Source: the human T2T-CHM13v2.0 reference genome, Homo sapiens
Length of the DNA: 64,000 bases
Assembly (NCBI RefSeq): GCF_009914755.1
Contig: NC_060942.1
Direction: 5' to 3' (one strand)
The notes under the pieces were generated by a model. That model saw only the letters and a list, made by a program, of their open reading frames with translations. It was not told the DNA's origin and made no database searches. Shown here one piece after another: positions 41,660-56,401 of this stretch. How positions within the stretch are numbered: position 1 is the first letter of the stretch; each line of letters starts with the position of its first letter. The position numbers and the translations under genes were made by a program.

Positions 41660-43584
41660 TGAAAACATTTCCTTTTGATTCTAGCATTTAGATCCTAAAC
41701 CTAAAACTGTTGCCCTAGAATTGCGCTGCCCACTTTTGCTGCTGATCTTATTCCCTGTCCAGACCTTTGAGGACCAGAGTTGGTTGGGCCTCCCTCCCAG
41801 ATGATGCTCAGGGTGCTGGATGCTGGAGTGCAGGGACTTTCTCTGGTGACTGTGGGGAAGCCCCTGCCCTCTCCCCTCCCTTTTTTTTTCATTTGTTGAT
41901 TGGCAAAGCTGAGATTTCCCAGTGTATGTGAATTTGGTTTGGTTCATTTGTAAACCCCTTGACAACTCTGTACATCAGAATAATGGCATTCCTCTTGGGA
42001 GTATTTTGTAATTATTTGCTCAGTGTGTAATATCCCATTAAATATCCAAAGTCAATTCAGCAAATGTTTATTAATAATAAGATTTGCCGAAAGCAAGAGA
42101 AGTCTTAAGTGGGTTATGCCTACAGTTTCTAGAAAGCCTTCAGATTGTGGTGGTAAAAAAACTTGGCTTTGTAAATTTTGTGTAATTTGTATTAGAAAAT
42201 GCTAATTTATTTTAAAAGCACAGTACTCTTTTGTGGTAAATTTCCAAGTTTGCCCCTGTCATTTGAAAAGCTTTTGGTGTGAGTGTTTTCAGATGTTATT
42301 GGGTGGTAGGGGCAAGGACTCGTTATTTTTGTTTTCAAATATGTATTATCTCTTTCAAATAGCTATTAAAATTTATTATGTATTTGCACTTATAAATGTT
42401 TTATGTACCAATTTAAAAAATGGATCAATAGATTTCTGTGTCTAGCAGAGAATCGATTAATGAGTTTTGAATAGTGTGCCAAGGTGACTCAGCTTTATGA
42501 CTTTCCATGGATGACAGATTCTGCCCCTGCGACAAGGTCAAGCCCATAAAAATTCCAATCAGATACCACAAAAAGCACAGTTTCATAGGTCAGTTTAATT
42601 CTATAGCAGTCTTTTTTGTCAGCATAGCTGGCGATTCCATCTGTTTTAATTTAAGATTCACCCCAGCCATGCCTCTGTAGCAGGTGACACGTGCACACAC
42701 ACACACACCCCCACACCCACACACTGTTTCCTTATGTAACATACATGATGTAAATATGTAATATAAATGTATAGTTATGTAGAATATAAATATATTTACA
42801 TTGTAGTAGAGGCTGAGTCGGTGGTATAATAGAGCATCTGCAATTCAATATTTAGAGTATAAAGCTGTTTTTCCTTTGTGAAACCATTTGTTTTCCATAC
42901 ACTGCTTGGTGTTGGGCGGGGAAATAATGCAGTTACTTATCTGCTACACTAACGAGCAGATGACTGTCCTCCTCTCCTGCGGCTCTTCTGCAGAAATGAG
43001 TCGCCACAGTGAATTGCTTGTGTTTATTATTCTGGTCATGGGTTAGCACCAGGTGTCACAGTGAATCAATCTTGGATTGGTAAAAGGTTGTCACGACGGC
43101 AGAAAATTGCAGGCTAGAGCAAATTGTCCTATGCCCATTACAGAATCTCAAGTAATGATGGTTGGTTATGCATGGAGGGGCTGAAATAGTCCATAGCATA
43201 AGGAAACCAAGCAGGGGTCTCTAAATAGGTCAGAGGGTTCTAACAGATACCCCACCCCCTTCTGCTTTTAAAAGCTCTTGTTACTGAATGGTCATAAAGA
43301 GAGTTTTGTCTGCCCCCCACGCTAACCAACAAGACAGGCTTACCAACAACGTGGTCCTGGCAGGCAGCCAGCCGGCCGGCATTTAAATGATGCTTGCTGC
43401 TGTGGCAACCCCACGGGCCTTTAATGGGTGAGCGTGGATGCAGCAGCTGAAGGCCAAGTGCATCATGGAAGGCAGCGGTGCAAGCACAGCCCTGGTTCCA
43501 ATGACTTAACGCCGCCTGGGCCACTGCAAGACCGGTGTGGCAGACAGACCCCCTGGCGAGGAGCTAACTGTGGGGTGGGTGGTG

Positions 43585-44442
43585 GGATATTGTGAAATGT
43601 GTATTTGGTCTTCATCCCTGTTTCCTAAAACCCTTAGAATCTCTGGAGCGAAGAGTATTTTTTGCCTGCTCATGATGGACTGATAGCTGGCAGCCCCCAG
43701 GTAGCTTTAGGATGGGGCTGGTCACAGGAAAGACCAAGGCAAGATGGGAGGGTTGGGACTTTTAGCCCCACCACCAACCTCCAGGGAAGGGACCTCCAGG
43801 GAAGGGAAGGGGCGGAAGGTTGAGTTGATCACCAGTGGCCATTGGTTTAATCAGGCATGCCTACATCATGAAGTTTCCATAAAAACCCAAAAGGGTGAGT
43901 TTGGAGAGCTTCTGGATAGCTGAACATGTGGAGGCTCCTGGAGGGCGGCGCAGGGGCACACTGGGGAGGGCATGGAAGTCCCACACCCCTTCCCACATGC
44001 CTTGCCCTACAAGTCTCTTCATCTGCATCCTGTGTAACATCCTTTATAATAAACTGGTGAATGTCAGTAAGTGTTTCCCGGGGTTCTGTGAGCCACTCTA
44101 GCAAATTAATCAAACCTGAGGAAGTGGTCATGGGAACCCTGATTTGCAGCCCATCAATCAGAAGCACAGGACACCTTCCTCCTTGTGCTAGGCCTCTGGA
44201 GTAGGAGGAGGCAGCCTTGTAGGACTCAGCCTCCCGCTGTGGGATCTGACATTATCTCCAGGTAGGTAGCTTCACAATTGAGTTGAACTAGAGAACACTC
44301 AGAGAACTAGAGAACGCTGGTGTCCGCTGAAGAATCAGTGGCTTGCTTGGTGTGTGGGGAAAACCTCCTGTACATTTGGTCACAGAAGCATTTTGTGTTG
44401 TGAGAGTAGACTAGGAGAAAAAACATTTTGTTTTTCTACTCA
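43585..44442 (+). mobile_element. MER21-type solo LTR
   Basis: gtatttggtcttcatccctgtttcct...ggatggggctggtcac...tataataaactggt...ctgtgagccactctagcaaattaatcaaacc. Confidence 0.8.
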
Positions 44443-44578
44443 GGTGGCATGTTCCAAATAAAAACACTGGAAAGAATATGAGTTTAAAGAAATGGATTGT
44501 AATGCATGATATAGTTGCATACTATATAAATACATCTCGTAAATTTGGATTTCATTGCCTTAGAATTTCTAAGAATTT

Positions 44579-44865
44579 GGCCAGGCACGGTGGCTTACGC
44601 CCGTAATCCCAGCACTTTGGGAGGCCAAGGCAGGCGGATCATGAGGTCAGGAGATCGAGACCATCCTGACTAACACGGTGAAACTCCGTCTCTACTAAAA
44701 ATAAAAAATTAGCTGGGTGTGGTGGCGAGCACCTGTAGTCCCAGCTACTCAGGAGGCTGAGGCAGGAGAATGGCGTGAACCTGGGAGGCAGAGCTTGCAG
44801 TGGGCCGAGATTGTGCCACTGCACTCCAGTCTTGGCAACAGAGGGAGACTCTGTCTCAAAAAAAA
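44579..44865 (+). mobile_element. AluY
   Basis: ctaacacggtg, gaatggcgtgaacc, gagcttgcag; TSD aagaattt. Confidence 0.93.
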
Positions 44866-45811
44866 GAATTTGTAAGAATTCAGACTCAGGGTGCAGGATG
44901 AATTTACTGCTTAGGAAGATGTAATGTGCTAAAAAAAAAAAAAGTAAACAAACTATCTGGATGATTCTTAGCCTATGGAGAGTAAAGCACAGGTTTTTAA
45001 GTTTCTTAGATACACTGTATTGATGAGGATACAGACTAAGCTGCTGAAACAGGAGATCCCAGATTATAGTGACTTCAGCTTTTTCAGTCCTCCTGGTGGC
45101 TGGTTCAGGGCTTGTTTGGTGGCTTGTGGGGTCATCACATTGTATACTCTCCTGTCCTGTGTGCCAGCACCTGGTCACATGGCCACCCCTGACTGCAAGG
45201 AAGATGGGAAAATGTCATCGTTAGCTGGGTAACCAGGGGCCCAGCTAAAACTCAGCGTTCTTTTTCTAATAGTTGAAAGGGAGAGTGAGTATCACAGAGC
45301 CCCAGCAGTTTCTCTCCTAAGCATCTTTTATTTTCCAATGAGGACACTGCCAGGCCAGTTGTGTCTTCCTTGGCTAGAGCTTTGATCTGCAAACTTGGAG
45401 CTGATTCTGACCTCAGACCCTGGGGTGACGAGAGGAGCTCTATGATTCTAGTTAGACCAGCCTAATGGATGAATCCTGACTCCCTCACTTGCTGTTTGTG
45501 TGGCCTTCAGTTCGGCTGTTGAGCCTCTCTGACATTCCGATTCACTGGTAATGATAACTGTCTCACAAAGTCATTGTAACAAGTATTTTGAGAACATCCA
45601 GGATAATGCCAGTCATATGATGAGTTTTCAGTAAAAGTTCCTTTGTTCCTTCCTCTATAGGATGAATCATAGAAATCATCTACTTACCTAACGCTTCCAG
45701 TGAAACAAGTTAATTTGCTCAGAGCCTGATTTAATTTGCATTATTGCATCAGGATGACACCTCTTTACAGTAAAGTTATTTATACTTCTCCAAATGCAAA
45801 ATTTAAAATTA

Positions 45812-46120
<309 letters not shown>

Positions 46121-46296
46121 TTAATGTTACCCAGAAGCAGATCATACTGTGCTCACACATCTTCTGTCCACATCATACCAATGCTAGAATAAAGGGGGTA
46201 AACAGAAAAACAGGTTTTCTTGGGAAATGACATATGGAAGTTGCTGCACAGGGGTCTCTAATGGCAGAGGTGCCTCCAGGGGGCTTTGATATGTCA

Positions 46297-46791
<495 letters not shown>

Positions 46792-49700
46792 GCTGCTCTG
46801 GGCACCCCTGGATTGTGGCAAACTTCAGAATTGGGTGTCAGTGCTAAGTGACCAAGACAATACCACCGTGGATGGATCACAAGGGCTGGAGTTGCAGAGT
46901 CAGAGCTGATGGAGCTTTCCTGCCAGCCACGCACCATCTGTCCAGTGGGAAGTCCTTTCTGTGCTGGGAGGAAGGGGCCAGCAGGACCACTTGTCCTGCG
47001 CCAGTGCCAGCCTCTCTCAGCCTGTGTGCAGCACGTACATGTCCATGGCAGCCCTCGGCTGGATCTCAGGGCTGTGGGCAGGGGTGGAGGCCACTGCTAG
47101 GCTGTCCTGCTGCTCCAGCAGCCCCCTCAGGGGCCGTTGACTTTTCACAGGAACCCAGGCCTGCCATCGAGGGTGGAGATTTCATTTGGAAATGCTCGCC
47201 TCACTTCCCATGCGGTTCCTCTGTCTGCTTTATGAGCGGGACATACCCCTCATCCACTGCCTCATCCAGGTTTCCTGGTGTGGCAGGGTCCCCAGGGACC
47301 CAGAGGGAGCCAGGAAATGTGAGTCAGTGGCTTCCCAAAGTGGCTGCCTGGCCTGTGGTGTCATAGGGCTGCTGCTGTCTGCCCTTTGTCCTGTCTCACG
47401 CTGTCCCCAGCCCTCCCAGCACTGGCCGTTGAGAAGACAGAGTTGAGTTGACTGTCACTGTTGTCTTGGGGAAGACCACCCGGCAAAGCACTGGCAGGGC
47501 TCGAAGTGGGAAGGCAAGGTCAGACTGGATTGAGAGTTGCAACTGTGATTGAAGGCGGTCTTTCAAAGCAGGCTCTTGGTGAGGGTTGGGTAAGAATCGC
47601 GATATTGCAGCGCAGAGTTGGTGGAAACAGCAAGCAAGGGTTTCGAGGACTTCAAAGACTCCTAGGGGCAAACTTCTACTGCTTCCTACTGAAGAGTGGA
47701 TGGGCCTTCAGGGAAGTTCCTGGCAGGAACAGTCCTCCCATTTGTCTGGGCGGATGGTCCGGAAGAGCAAAGACATGCTAATGAGACAGAGGAATAGCAA
47801 GTCCCCTTCAAGCCGACAGGAAGGGGCCTCAGTTCTCAGCGCCAGCCTGAGTGTGGGGGCTGCTTGGCTCGGCCTGTTTCCACGCTAGGGACGTTCTACG
47901 TGTTTTCTTCTTCATGGCTTTTTGTTTTCTAATAAAAGATGTTTCTATTCATAAATGTTGTAGATGAGGATAATGTCTATTTGTTTTATTTTGGAGGGGC
48001 AGGGTTGGGGAAGGCTGAGGAAGGGGGCTGTCTGATTGCTGGCTCATGCCCAATTACAGTTTATTTCCTCCCTGAGTGCCCTCTTTGATGTGGGAAGGAA
48101 AGGGAATGAAATCCTTCTCTTTTACTCATGAGCAGTGCAGACGCCTTCTCCGGACAGTTTGGCTTGACCTGTGCAGAGTGCTTTTTCCCCAGCGAAATGG
48201 AACAGGAAAGCTCACGGCAGCAAGTGGCAGAGGGGTGGAGCCACAACTTGGCTCTTTTTCCTTCTTCTTTTCCTTCTTCTTCTTTTTAAAAAAAATCCAG
48301 TCCACTAAAGCACGAATGTTTTTCAAAGTCGCAAATGAAATACAGTAGGATTTTAAAAAACCAAAGCTGTCTTTCAACATGTTGATGTTCTCGGACTGTA
48401 GCAAACATGGTTTGGACTTGTCCATTTAGAAAGCAGGGTAAACAGGCTCTGAAATGCCATTGTACCAAGGGAAATGAGGACATGCGGCAAAGCTTTAAGA
48501 ATTCAGCCCCTAGACCTGCTTTTGACTGAAATAGTTTTGCTTGAAATAATTTATTTTCCTTGAATTTTTTGATTTTTATTTCTTCAGTTCTGTCTGGTCA
48601 CCTTCCCTGTATAGGCATGACCAGCACCTGAGGAAGAATGATTAACACATGTACAAATAACTTAAATGTACTCGAAAGCTATAAAACAATATGTGTGTTA
48701 CTGAAAATAAACAGATAGTGTAATACCTGGATTATAAACATCTTGATCCCTTGAAAATAAAGTATTGCCTTAATTCAAATAATAATACCTCAATGTTTAT
48801 ATAGTGCCTATCTGAAAAGTATTTAAAGTTACTGTTATTTTCTAGATTTCCTGGCGGGTTGATTCACTGGAGGGCTAGTTGGTTAGGGAGGTAGCACCTG
48901 AGCTGCCACCCTCTCACAGCTCCCAGATGGACATGGAGTTGGGCGCTGGGTGGGTTTGGGAAAGCTCCTGGGTCCGGCCCTCCCGGATATGCTTCCTGCC
49001 CCAGGGCTTCAGGGGATCTGCGTTCTCAGGCCACATGCAAAACCAGTTGTTAATCATCCCTGACACACTCTGAGTCACCACCACCCTCTGGGAAGCCACA
49101 GGGAGACCTTGGCTGAAGCCACCGCAGCACCATGTTTCGCCATCTTGCAGCCAAGTCTGTTTATTTGTCTGCCTTTGGCACCTCCAGGACCTCTGTCTTT
49201 TGATTGTTGGTCTCAGTTTGCAGACAGATCTAACTGTGGACTCCCGGGTGCGGTCTGTGCCTGTTGGGAAGATGGGCAGCTGACTCACTTCACTGTCATC
49301 CCCTCACCCATCTTCTGTGGTCCCAGGCTCCACTTACCTCCTCTATATGACCCTGTAGGCGCAGTGGGTGCTTTAATCATGGGGCACAGTGGGTGCATTA
49401 ATCTTTCCTCATTTTAGTTTGCATTTTTATTTAGCGGTGGAGTTGCCTCCATGAATTTCTGTTCTCATCCACACCTTTAGTTTTTCTCTTTTTATTTTCC
49501 ATGTCATAGTAGGAGGAAATTTGGAATTAGCAGAAAACATTACTGAATATTTCCAGTGGAAAACTATGCATTGTGTAGAGCATACCCTTCCAAGGTATCT
49601 GATTGTAGCCTTTGATCCATTTCATACCTCCGTAAGTTGTAGGTAATTGGTAGCAATGCAAAATAACTATTGCCTGTAGACATGCAAAAATGTCTGTTAG

Positions 49701-50084
49701 CATGGCTAAAATGACCCCCTCCAAGCCGTAGGAAAAGCAGAGTTCGTATTTGTAAATTCATTTCAACATTCCTTTACTCCATATATACTTATGCTTCTCT
49801 GACTTCTCCTTTTAACTGGTTGTAACATCTTATTAATTCCCTAATTAATGGTGAAGTCAATAAAATCTTTGACATGTTCATTTTGTATCTGTATGAGAGT
49901 TGATTTTACCTTTGATTATTATTTTTAACGTAATATTTTATGGTCCCTATTAAAAATAACAAAGGTACCGTGCTTCCTGGTTAACCAGTGACAAGAATGG
50001 GCCCTAACAAGAGGAACTTGGATGCAAAAAGCAGAATGAATTAATCCTGAGGGCTTAAGACATTGGAAGTTTTTCTCTTAATAT

Positions 50085-53000
50085 TGTAAAAATGTGTAGA
50101 CTCATAAACAACCAATAGTCAAAGAAGAAATTACAATGGAAATTGGAAATTACCTTGAGATGAATGAAGACAAAAGCACAACATTCCAAAACTTCAGAGC
50201 AGTGCTCAGAGGGAAACTTATAGCCATAAACACCTACATTAAAAAAAGAGAACGACTTCAAATCAATAACCCAATTTTACAACATAGGGAACTAGAAGAA
50301 GAAGAGCAAAATAAACTCAAAGTTACAAATTGTAGGAAATACAGAGTGAAGAGAAATGAAATAGAGAATAGAAAAATAATAGGGAAAATCAGTGAAACCA
50401 AAAGTTGGTTCTTTGAAGATCAACAAAATCAACATACCTTAAGCTACGTTACTAAGAAAAAAAGAGAAAAGAAGTAAATCACTAAAATTAAAAACAAAAT
50501 GGGACATTACTACTGGCCTTACAGAAATGAAAAAGATTATAAGAGAATACTATGATCACTTGTAAGCCAACAGGTTAGATAACCTAGAAGAATTAGACAA
50601 ATTCCTAGACACACAAAACTACCAAACTGTCTCAAGAAGAAACAGAAAGTCTGAATAGACTTAAAACAAGTAAGGAGAATCAGTAATCAAAAACCTCCCA
50701 AAAGAAAGGCTCAGGACCAGATCGCTCTACTGGTAAATTCTACCAAACATTTAAAGAAGCATAACATCAGTTGCTCTTAATCTCTTCCAAATATAGAAGA
50801 GGAGGGAATACACCTAATTTATTTTATGAGGCCAGCATTATACTGATGAAGCCTGACAAAGATATTACAAGAACACTATAGACCAATATCCCTTACAATA
50901 TAGAAGCAAAAATCCTGAATGAAATACTGGCAAACTGAACCCAGAAGTATATTAAAAGGATTATACACCATGACCAGATGGGGTTTATCCCAGGAGTGCA
51001 AGGGTGGTTTGACATACTAAAACGGATCGATGTAATACACCATATTAATAGAAAGAGGGAAAAACACCACCTGATCCTTTCAATTGATGCTGAAAAAGTA
51101 TTGACACATTCCAACACTCTTTCATGATGAAACCACTCAGGAAACTAGAGATAGAGGGGAACATGTTAAAGGACATTTGTGAAAAACCCACAGCTAGCAT
51201 CCTGTTCAATGGCAAAAGACTTGAAAGCGTTTCCTCAAAGATCAGGAACAAGACAAGGATGCCCACTTTCACCGTGGCTGTTCAACATAGGAAGTCTTAG
51301 CCAGAGCAATTACTCAAGTAAAAGAAGTAAACGGCATCTGAATAGAGAAGAAAGAAGTAAAACTATCTCTGTTGCAGGTGATATGGTCCTAGATATGGAA
51401 AATTTCAAAGAATTCACAAAAAACAACTACTAGAACTAATACATTCAGTGAAGTCACAGGATACAAGTTAAACATGCAAAAATAAGTTGTGTGTTTTTAC
51501 ACCAGCAGTGAACAATTTGAAATTACCAAAATGATTCCATTTATAATAGCATTTAGAAGTATAACATACCTAGGAATACATTTAACCAAAGAGGTGAAAA
51601 ACATATACAACGAAAACTAAAGAACATTTCACATTGCTGAAAGAAATCAAAGAAGACATAAGTAAATTGAAATAAATCCCTATTCATGGATTGGAAGACT
51701 TCTTATGGGTAAGATGGCAATACTACCCAAAGCGATCAACAGATTCAATGCAATATCTATCAAAATTCCAAATGTGTTTCTTGCAGAAATGGAAATGCTG
51801 ACTCTCAAATACATACAGAATTGCAAGAGGCCCCAAATAGCCAAAACAATCTTGATAAAGAACAAAGTTGAAGGACTCAACACTTCCTGATTTCAAAACT
51901 TACTACAAAATTATGGTAATCAAAATAGTGTGGTACTGACATAAAGATAAGCCATACAGACCAAGGAAATAGAATTGAGATTTCAGAAATAAATTCATAC
52001 ATTTATGGTGACTGATTTTCAATAAGAGTACGAAGATCAGTCAATAGGGAAAAAATAGTCTGTTCAACCAATGGTGTTGGGACAACCAGATATCCACATG
52101 TTTAAGTTTAATCCCTACTTACACATTTGCATACCCTTTATACAAAAATCAATTCAAAATGCTCAATGACCTAAATATAGGAGCTAAGTCTGTAAAACTT
52201 CTAATGGAAAACATAGAGTGAAATCTCCATGACTTTGTTTTTGGCAATGGATTCTTAGACATGAAAGCAAAAGCATAAGTAACAAAAGAAAATGCGTAAA
52301 TTGGACCTCATCAAAATTAAAAACGTGCATCAAAGGACAGTATTAAGAAAGTGAAAAGACAGCCTACAGAATGGGAGAAAATATTTACAAATCAAATATC
52401 TGTTAAGGGCCTGGTATCCAGATATAAAGTACTTTTACAATTCAACACAAAAAGACAAAGTACTCAGTTAAGCAATGAGCAAAGGATTTGAATAGACCTT
52501 CTCCAGAGAAGACATACAGATGGCCAAGAAGCACATAAAAAGCTGCTCAACATCATTAGTCATTAGGTAAATGCAGATTAAAACCACAGTAAAATATCAC
52601 TTTATAACCACTAGGATGGCTATTTAAAAAAATGTTGGCGAGGATGTGCAGAGATTGGAACACTGGTGGGGTTGTAAAATGGTCCAGTCTCTGTGGAAAA
52701 CAGTGCTTTGGTGATTCCTCAAAAAGTTAAACACAGAGTTACCATATGACCCAGCAATTCTACTCCTAGGTATATGCCACAAAGAACTGAAAAGAGGTAC
52801 TCAAATACTTGTACATTCATAATAGCCAAAAGGTGGAAGCAACCCAAATGTCTATGATGAATGGATGAGCAAATTGTGATATAAACATACAATGAAAAAT
52901 TATTCAGCTGTAAAAATGAATAAACTACCGACACATGGTACAATGTGGATGAACCTTGAAAACATTATACTAAATGAGAGAAACCAGACACGAAAGGTCA

Positions 53001-53260
53001 CATATTGTGTGATTCCATTCATAGGGCTTGTGCAGAGTAAGTCAGTACATGGAGATTAAGTAGATATGTGATTGCCAGGGGTGGAGAAGGGGCAATGGGG
53101 AATAACTGCTTAATGAATATGGAGTGATTTGGGGGTGAAGAAAGTGTTTTGGAGTTAGATAAGGGTGGCGGTTGCCACCATTGTGGATGTACTAAATGCC
53201 ACTGAGTTGTTCACTTTAAAATGGTGAATTTTATGCTATGTGAATTTCAGCACATACAAA
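50085..53260 (+). mobile_element. 5'-truncated L1 (L1MB-like): degenerate ORF2 plus 3' UTR
   Basis: ORF fragments match L1 ORF2p ([53 protein letters not shown]); many stops and frameshifts; 3' end ...gccactgagttgttcactttaaaatggtgaattttatg. Confidence 0.93.
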
Positions 53261-53598
53261 AATTGATATGGTTTATATGTGAGTAATTAGTTCCTAGTAG
53301 GAAGAGGGTTTAGATCAACAGTATTAAATATTCTCCCCCTGAAAACACATGGCACATATAACACCTACGGTCAACGGCATCCACACAGGAAACACAGTCC
53401 CAGGAACTCCCAGGATTATGCACAATTTCGATGAGTTTCCTGAATACCACCTCATCATTAACTCTGATTAATTACAAGTTACTGGTGGCGTATCTCGCAG
53501 AAGCAAGGTGAGGTGATTAGGTGATGGTCATTCTAACTTTTGATAATTTTGAGGGACAGCAGTGTAGGGAGAAAATACTAGTGTAAAACATTATATTT

Positions 53599-53901
53599 GT
53601 CTGGGTGCAGTGGCTCAAGCCTGTAATCTCAGCACCTTGGGAGGCCGAAGCAGGAGGATCGCTTGAGCACAGGAGTTGGAGACCAGCCTGGACAACACAG
53701 TGAGACCCTATCTCTACCCCCTACCCCCAAATAATAATAATTAGCCAGGCATGGTGGCATGGACCGGTAGTCCCAGCTACTCAGGAGGCTGAGGTGGGAG
53801 GATCGCTTGAGCCCAGAAGGTTGAGGCTACAGTAAGCCATGATTGCACCACTGCACTCCAGCCTAGGTGGCAGAGCAAGACCCTGTCTCAAAAACAAAAA
53901 A
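53599..53901 (+). mobile_element. AluJ-type
   Basis: ggaggatcgcttgagc in both arms. Confidence 0.93.
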
Positions 53902-53993
53902 GCTACATTTATATAGATTAGCCTAAAGAACGTAAAATTTGTATCCTAATTCCTCTACTTAGATCACATCTGTTGATATTTAAAAATATAAGG

Positions 53994-54369
<376 letters not shown>

Positions 54370-54589
54370 CTACTTAGTACAGTTGCTGTTAATGCATTCT
54401 TGTGATTTCTGTTTGTTTTCTTCAAAGAACCATTTTATGGTTATGTGCATATGCTGACATAATTAAAAAAATAGAGGCATCATTACAGATTTGCATATGG
54501 CTTTTTTCACTTGATATACCTTGAAGCCTTTTCCACACGTATCAGCACCTAAGGATGTACTTTATTCATTTAAGTGGCTGCATCATCAC

Positions 54590-54830
54590 GATAATAATCA
54601 GCACTTATTGAACATTTGCTGTGTGCCAGCACTGTTCTAACTGCTGTGGACACATTGTCGTCATTGTTAATCTTCACCACAGCCCTCTAAGGGAGGTGCT
54701 ACCATTGCCCCATTTTACGGAACAGAGGGAACAGAGGGAACAGAGGGAGCGGAGGGAACGGAAGTGCAGGGACACCCAGGAAGAGATTTAAGTTCTGTGT
54801 GTCTGATTCCAGAGCCCAGGCTCTCACCAA
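54590..54830 (-). mobile_element. MIR containing a 9-bp tandem repeat
   Basis: aatcttcaccacagccctctaagggaggt...cccattttac...tctgattccagagcccagg; (GGAACAGAG)3 at 54719-54745. Confidence 0.7.
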
Positions 54831-56401
54831 CACAAAATTCTACTCCTCTACACAGTTAGTTTGTGGGAGAGCTGGGATTTATTGTAATTTATAGTTTACA
54901 TAGCTTCTATGTTTTGCTGTTTTCTGGTCCAGTTCCCTAAGGTGTGTGTGCCCTACGTTTCACATTTCGGTCTCCCAGGGGCTCTACCTTACTGGGTTTT
55001 CTTGATTTTGTCTTCCTTAAATTAGAAAAGAAAAGGAAGAACCAAGAAGACTGAAACAGTTATGATTGAGGTTTGCAGAATTGTTCCCATGAATGGCTAC
55101 TAGCTCTTGATATATTAGTCCAGAGCACAGAAAATCTATACTTTTAATAGCTTGGACTGCACACAACAGTAAGTCTTTATAGACGGTTCTGTCCTGTAGG
55201 GGAGAAAAGTCCTCGTTGTTCCTCTGGGATGCAACATGAGAGAGCAGCACACTGAGGCTTTATGGGTTGCCCTGCCACAAGTGAACAGGTCCCAGCATGA
55301 AAGCAGGGACAAGAAAATTGAGCTCGTGACCTCCGTCCAGTGGGCCCTTTGATTCATTCTTTCTTTTTGTCTCACTGTGTCATCATATCTCCCTGAACTC
55401 AGCTCCAGATTGAAACGTAGCTGTAACCGCAGCTAACCAACAGGCTTCCCTTGAACAGGCCGAAAGGTACAGGGTGAGTCTATTTTGTGACTCTGTGGAG
55501 GCGTGGGCAGCGAGATGGTTGTCTACCGGGATCTGTGTTCTGGCTTTTGTGAAGAGGGAAGAAATGGGAAACACGCTGATGCCAGCCTTTCTGCAACTGG
55601 TTTGCGGGAGTGTAAACAACTAGCTGGTTTGGATCTAGGATCAAGATGAAGTGTAATAGAAAACTCGGGCTGCCTTTATCCTTAGGTCAGCAAAACAGCA
55701 GGATACTGCTGTCTGCGTCCCGGTTGACCCTGGCGTTCTTGGCCGCTGCCAATACAGTTTGCCATTTAGATCCATTTAGCAGAAAAGGACATTCGTCTAG
55801 AAGGATCCCGCCTTGTAAAAATGCAGGCTTGGCATGCACTGGGGCCCTGGGAAGTCATTCTTAAATATATGAATCCTTTTCTGGGGGAGAGGTGCCGGCA
55901 GTTGCATGCAAAACTGGGCACTGCTCTGGCGGATTGGCCAGTGCATTCTTACGTGTGGTGGGCACTGTGGAAAGGCGCCTTTGTGCCAGTTTGGATAAGA
56001 CAACAGATTCATGGGTAGGAAACCAGTGTTTGAAATTAGGTGCTGAGGTTGTAGAGTCAGATCACAGCAGAGCAGAAGTTGAAGCTATGAGTTCGGAGAA
56101 GGTCTGCAATATTTTTCCTGACCTCTGAAGTTGTCCAAACCACTAAGTGAAGAAACATACTTCCTTTGGTTCATCTGATCAAATTATCATCTGCAAACTT
56201 TTGGCCTTGTTGCCTCAATCCTACTGCAATCTTCCTGCCTGCTTGAGAGAGAACTGGGTGTCGGGGGAGTGGGGGCAATGTACTGTTGCTCCCCAGGGTC
56301 AAAACGTGAACAGACCAAAGGGTCCAGATGGAAACCAGAATGACTTCACTCCTGGAACGAGGCATCATCTTTCCTAGCACATGTATTTTTCTTTCATGCC
56401 T

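Noticed and set aside
46848-47366. 172-aa ORF
   Set aside because: GC-rich intronic sequence, GTG start, no domain similarity
50136-51890. L1 ORF2 fragments as an active reverse transcriptase
   Set aside because: Numerous stops and frameshifts, catalytic FADD motif reads VAGD, and there is no 5' UTR or ORF1
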